From Torpedo marmorata (Eukaryota): a DNA stretch of 64,000 nt. Positions 61,247 through 64,000 of the stretch are shown one piece after another. The stretch's first letter is position 1. Each line of letters starts with the position of its first letter. The notes beneath the pieces were generated by a model, which did not search any database, was not told where the DNA came from, and worked only from the letters and a program-made list of their open reading frames with translations. The position numbers and the translations under genes were made by a program. Location of the stretch: NCBI GenBank assembly GCA_977017645.1, contig OZ360233.1, positions 18,228,001 to 18,292,000 of the forward strand. The letters are read 5' to 3'.

Positions 61247-62782
61247 ATTAGGAAATTTTTATGTAAAGGAAAGTTAGCAAGAGTAAGCATGGAAAAGTTA
61301 ACCTGGAATTATGAGTTGGGTGGATTGCAACTTCCTAATTTTCAAAATTATTATAAAGCAGCCCAATTAAAATTTGTTAATGAATTTTTTGATTCAACTA
61401 AATCTTCTGCTTGGATTAAAATAGAATTAAATAATATAGGAGAACATTTTAAAGAAGAAATTATTTATAAATGGGATTCTAAATTAATATTATTAAAAAA
61501 GAAAAATTCACCGATTATTAAACATTTGTTAGAAATATGGGGTAAGATGGATAAAGAGATAAGTGGAAGAGGATTAATTTCTTCAAATATGCCACTATAT
61601 CAAAATGGACTTATATCATTTTTTCTTAATAATCAGTTATTTAAAATTTGGTTTCGAAAAGGTATTAAGAAGATTAATGATTGTTTTGAAGCTGGAAAAT
61701 TTATTACGTTTCAAAGAATGAAAGATAAATTTAATATACCAGATAATACATTTTTAGCTTATTATCAAGTTAAAGCTTTTTTAACTGAGAAATTAGGTCA
61801 TGCTTTGATTTTACCAAGACAAAATGAATTAGAATTATTAGTTACTAATGGAGAAGTTAATAAATTTATTTCTCAAATGTATAAATTGTTTCAGAGGAAT
61901 ATGCCGAAAATAGGATTGCATAAATCAAGATTAAAATGGGAATTAGATTTAAATGTAAATATAGATGAAAATCATTGGAAAGATTTATGTAAATTAAGTA
62001 TGACGAAAATTATTAATGTTAGATATAGATTAGTACAATATAATTTCTTTCATCAATTATACTTAACACCTAAAAAATTAAAGAAATTTAATCCGACATT
62101 ATCAGGACTATGTTTTAGATGCAATAATGAGGAAGGTTCTTTTGTTCATTCTACATGGTTTTGTCCAAAGATTCAAGATTTTTGGTTGAAAGTTAAATTA
62201 TTTTTAGATAAAATATTTAATATTACATTTCCAATTACAATTACAATTGGAGACATTAGAAAATTTAGTATTAAAAAGAAATTAAATATGTTTCAAGTAG
62301 AATTTTTACGAATTGCTTCAGCGGTTTCGAAAAAATGCATTGCTATTACTTGGAAATCTGACTTAGATTTAGGATTAGAAAGATGGCATGCAGAGTTCCG
62401 TTCGTGTATACCACTGGAAAAAATTACTTATAATTTACGTAATAAATATCATTTCTTATTGAAAATTTGGAGCCCATATATGAGAGCTGTGCGTTTAAGG
62501 ATCTGAAGATCTCGAGATATCGGATCTACTGGCATACTTGACCTCCTTAATAGAATTAGTTTATAGATGATATTCCCCTTACTCTATCTTTTCTTTTCTT
62601 TCATTTTTCTATTTTTATTTTTACGTTTACTTTATATTACTAGATTAGTGGGGATGGGGGGGGTGTTAGGGAGGGGAGGGAGGGTGGGGGGGTGAAAATG
62701 TATCACATGTACTTTTACAATTTTATATTTTATTTTATGTATTTTGTGATTTAAAAGTTGAAATAAAATTTAAAAAAAAAAA
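61247..62782 (+). mobile_element. L1-clade fragment (third copy, ORF uninterrupted for 405 aa)
   Basis: ORF 61289-62506; same junctions as 2254-3787. Confidence 0.88.
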
Positions 62783-63124
62783 GACGGAGTCGCGCAGAGG
62801 TAGGAAGCTTAACAGAACGCTAAAAGGGGCGTGAGGGTGCAGGAAAACGAGTGAAGGTGATGGAAAGGGCAGAACGAGAGAAAAGAAGAGAGAGACGTGG
62901 GGAGTGTAAATATAGGTGGCGAAACACGTCCGAAAAAGACGGAGAATGAGAAACGGCCAACATTAACAAACCAGTTTTCATTGGTTCAACAACGGCGCTC
63001 TCTTGAGCCCATGAGCGAGGAGGGCGCCCTCCTGTGTGTCCCAGAGGACGGGCTGCTACTAACGAAACGCCACTGTCTTATATCGGGGCTGAATATAGAA
63101 ATATTCGGCTGTTCACCTTCATTC

Positions 63125-63585
63125 TGGCTTCCTCACCATCCAGTAGTTTGCTGATTCTATGGGCCGTTCTGCTTGGCGAGTCTCTGTCTGATTGGTCAGC
63201 GCGTGTCCCTCCCGGCTCAGCGCAATTCCTCGCATATCACACACTGCGTGTTTCATTCCAGGCACAAATGTGTAAATCTAGTGCCCCACGGACCGATGGA
63301 ACGGATGGCCGCAGGAAGTGTCACTGAGCTCCAGTTACCCGAAAAAGGTTACCGTATGTTTTTGGTACATTCAAATTCCCGTGGAATCTTGGATATATTT
63401 GGTTAAAATGTACAGCGCAGGAGATGATGTTCCGTGTCACGATTGTCCGGACAGGATAACGGGTTCCTTGGAGAAAAGGGGCAGGTAACCTCGATATCTC
63501 CAAAGCTATTAAAGCGGACATGGCCGTTTATGTGCGCGGTGCGGCTCACACTGTTTCTGGGATATTGCGGAGACGCACAAAAGCT
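63125..63585 (+). pseudogene. TCR V pseudogene, family B (third copy of 4130-4590)
   Basis: Near-identical copy; RSS 63547-63585. Confidence 0.77.
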
Positions 63586-64000
63586 CATTCTGAGATGGGA
63601 AGTGGTTTGAGAGAAAATGGCATAAAGAAGACGGGAGAGCGTGTTAAGGCTTGCGAAAAGTTAAGCAGGTGAAAACGTGAGACAGAGTGAGGTAGAGCAA
63701 TAGAACGAAAGAAGGGGAGAGAGGGTGGAGTGAGTGAAAGGGAGGGAGGAGATACACAGATGGAAGGAAAAAGATGCGTTGAGTGTACAGATAGAGGGTG
63801 AAATTTGCGTGAAGGACGGGGAACTAGATACAGACTGTCTTATCAACTCCGTCTGATTGGTTCAATAATGGCGACTCGAACGAATCCTGTGTGAGGGAAA
63901 CACTCACATATCTGTCATTGACGTTGATTCGCTCATAACATCGCCCCACCCCTTGTATAGCGGTAACACAAAGAAATATTCGTTTTTGACCTTAATCCGC

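Larger units (their letters stand above)
60510..64000 (+). repeat. Third copy of ~1520-5005
   Basis: Offset about 58993; same L1 insertion and family-B pseudogene. Confidence 0.85.

Noticed and set aside
1-64000. CRISPR array or prokaryotic defence system
   Set aside because: The repeats are kb-scale eukaryotic duplications with spliceosomal introns and LINEs; there is no short repeat-spacer periodicity.

Overview
Vertebrate genomic DNA, most likely from a cartilaginous fish (inferred from the CR1, Rex1/Babar, L1-clade and Penelope-like repeat content). The window is part of an antigen-receptor V-segment array that best fits the TCR alpha/delta V cluster. About 36 V cassettes or relics lie on the + strand. 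Each intact cassette has a 46-nt phase-1 leader exon, a 76-83 nt intron, a ~301-nt V exon and a 23-bp-spacer RSS (mostly CACACTG-23-ACAAAAACT). About 11 look intact, 4 have a damaged own leader, and the rest are pseudogenes. No D, J or C segments were seen. The array was built by tandem duplication, including a near-identical ~19.6 kb block repeated at +24.8 kb. Notable observations: (1) a conserved intact second leader exon upstream of every family-A V gene; (2) co-oriented CTCF-like motifs just 3' of the RSS; (3) a conserved non-canonical Cys; (4) V exons deleted exactly up to the RSS heptamer; (5) L1 insertions flanked by 100-200 bp duplications; (6) a tailless tRNA-Cys retrocopy. All coordinates were read by eye and no database searches were run.
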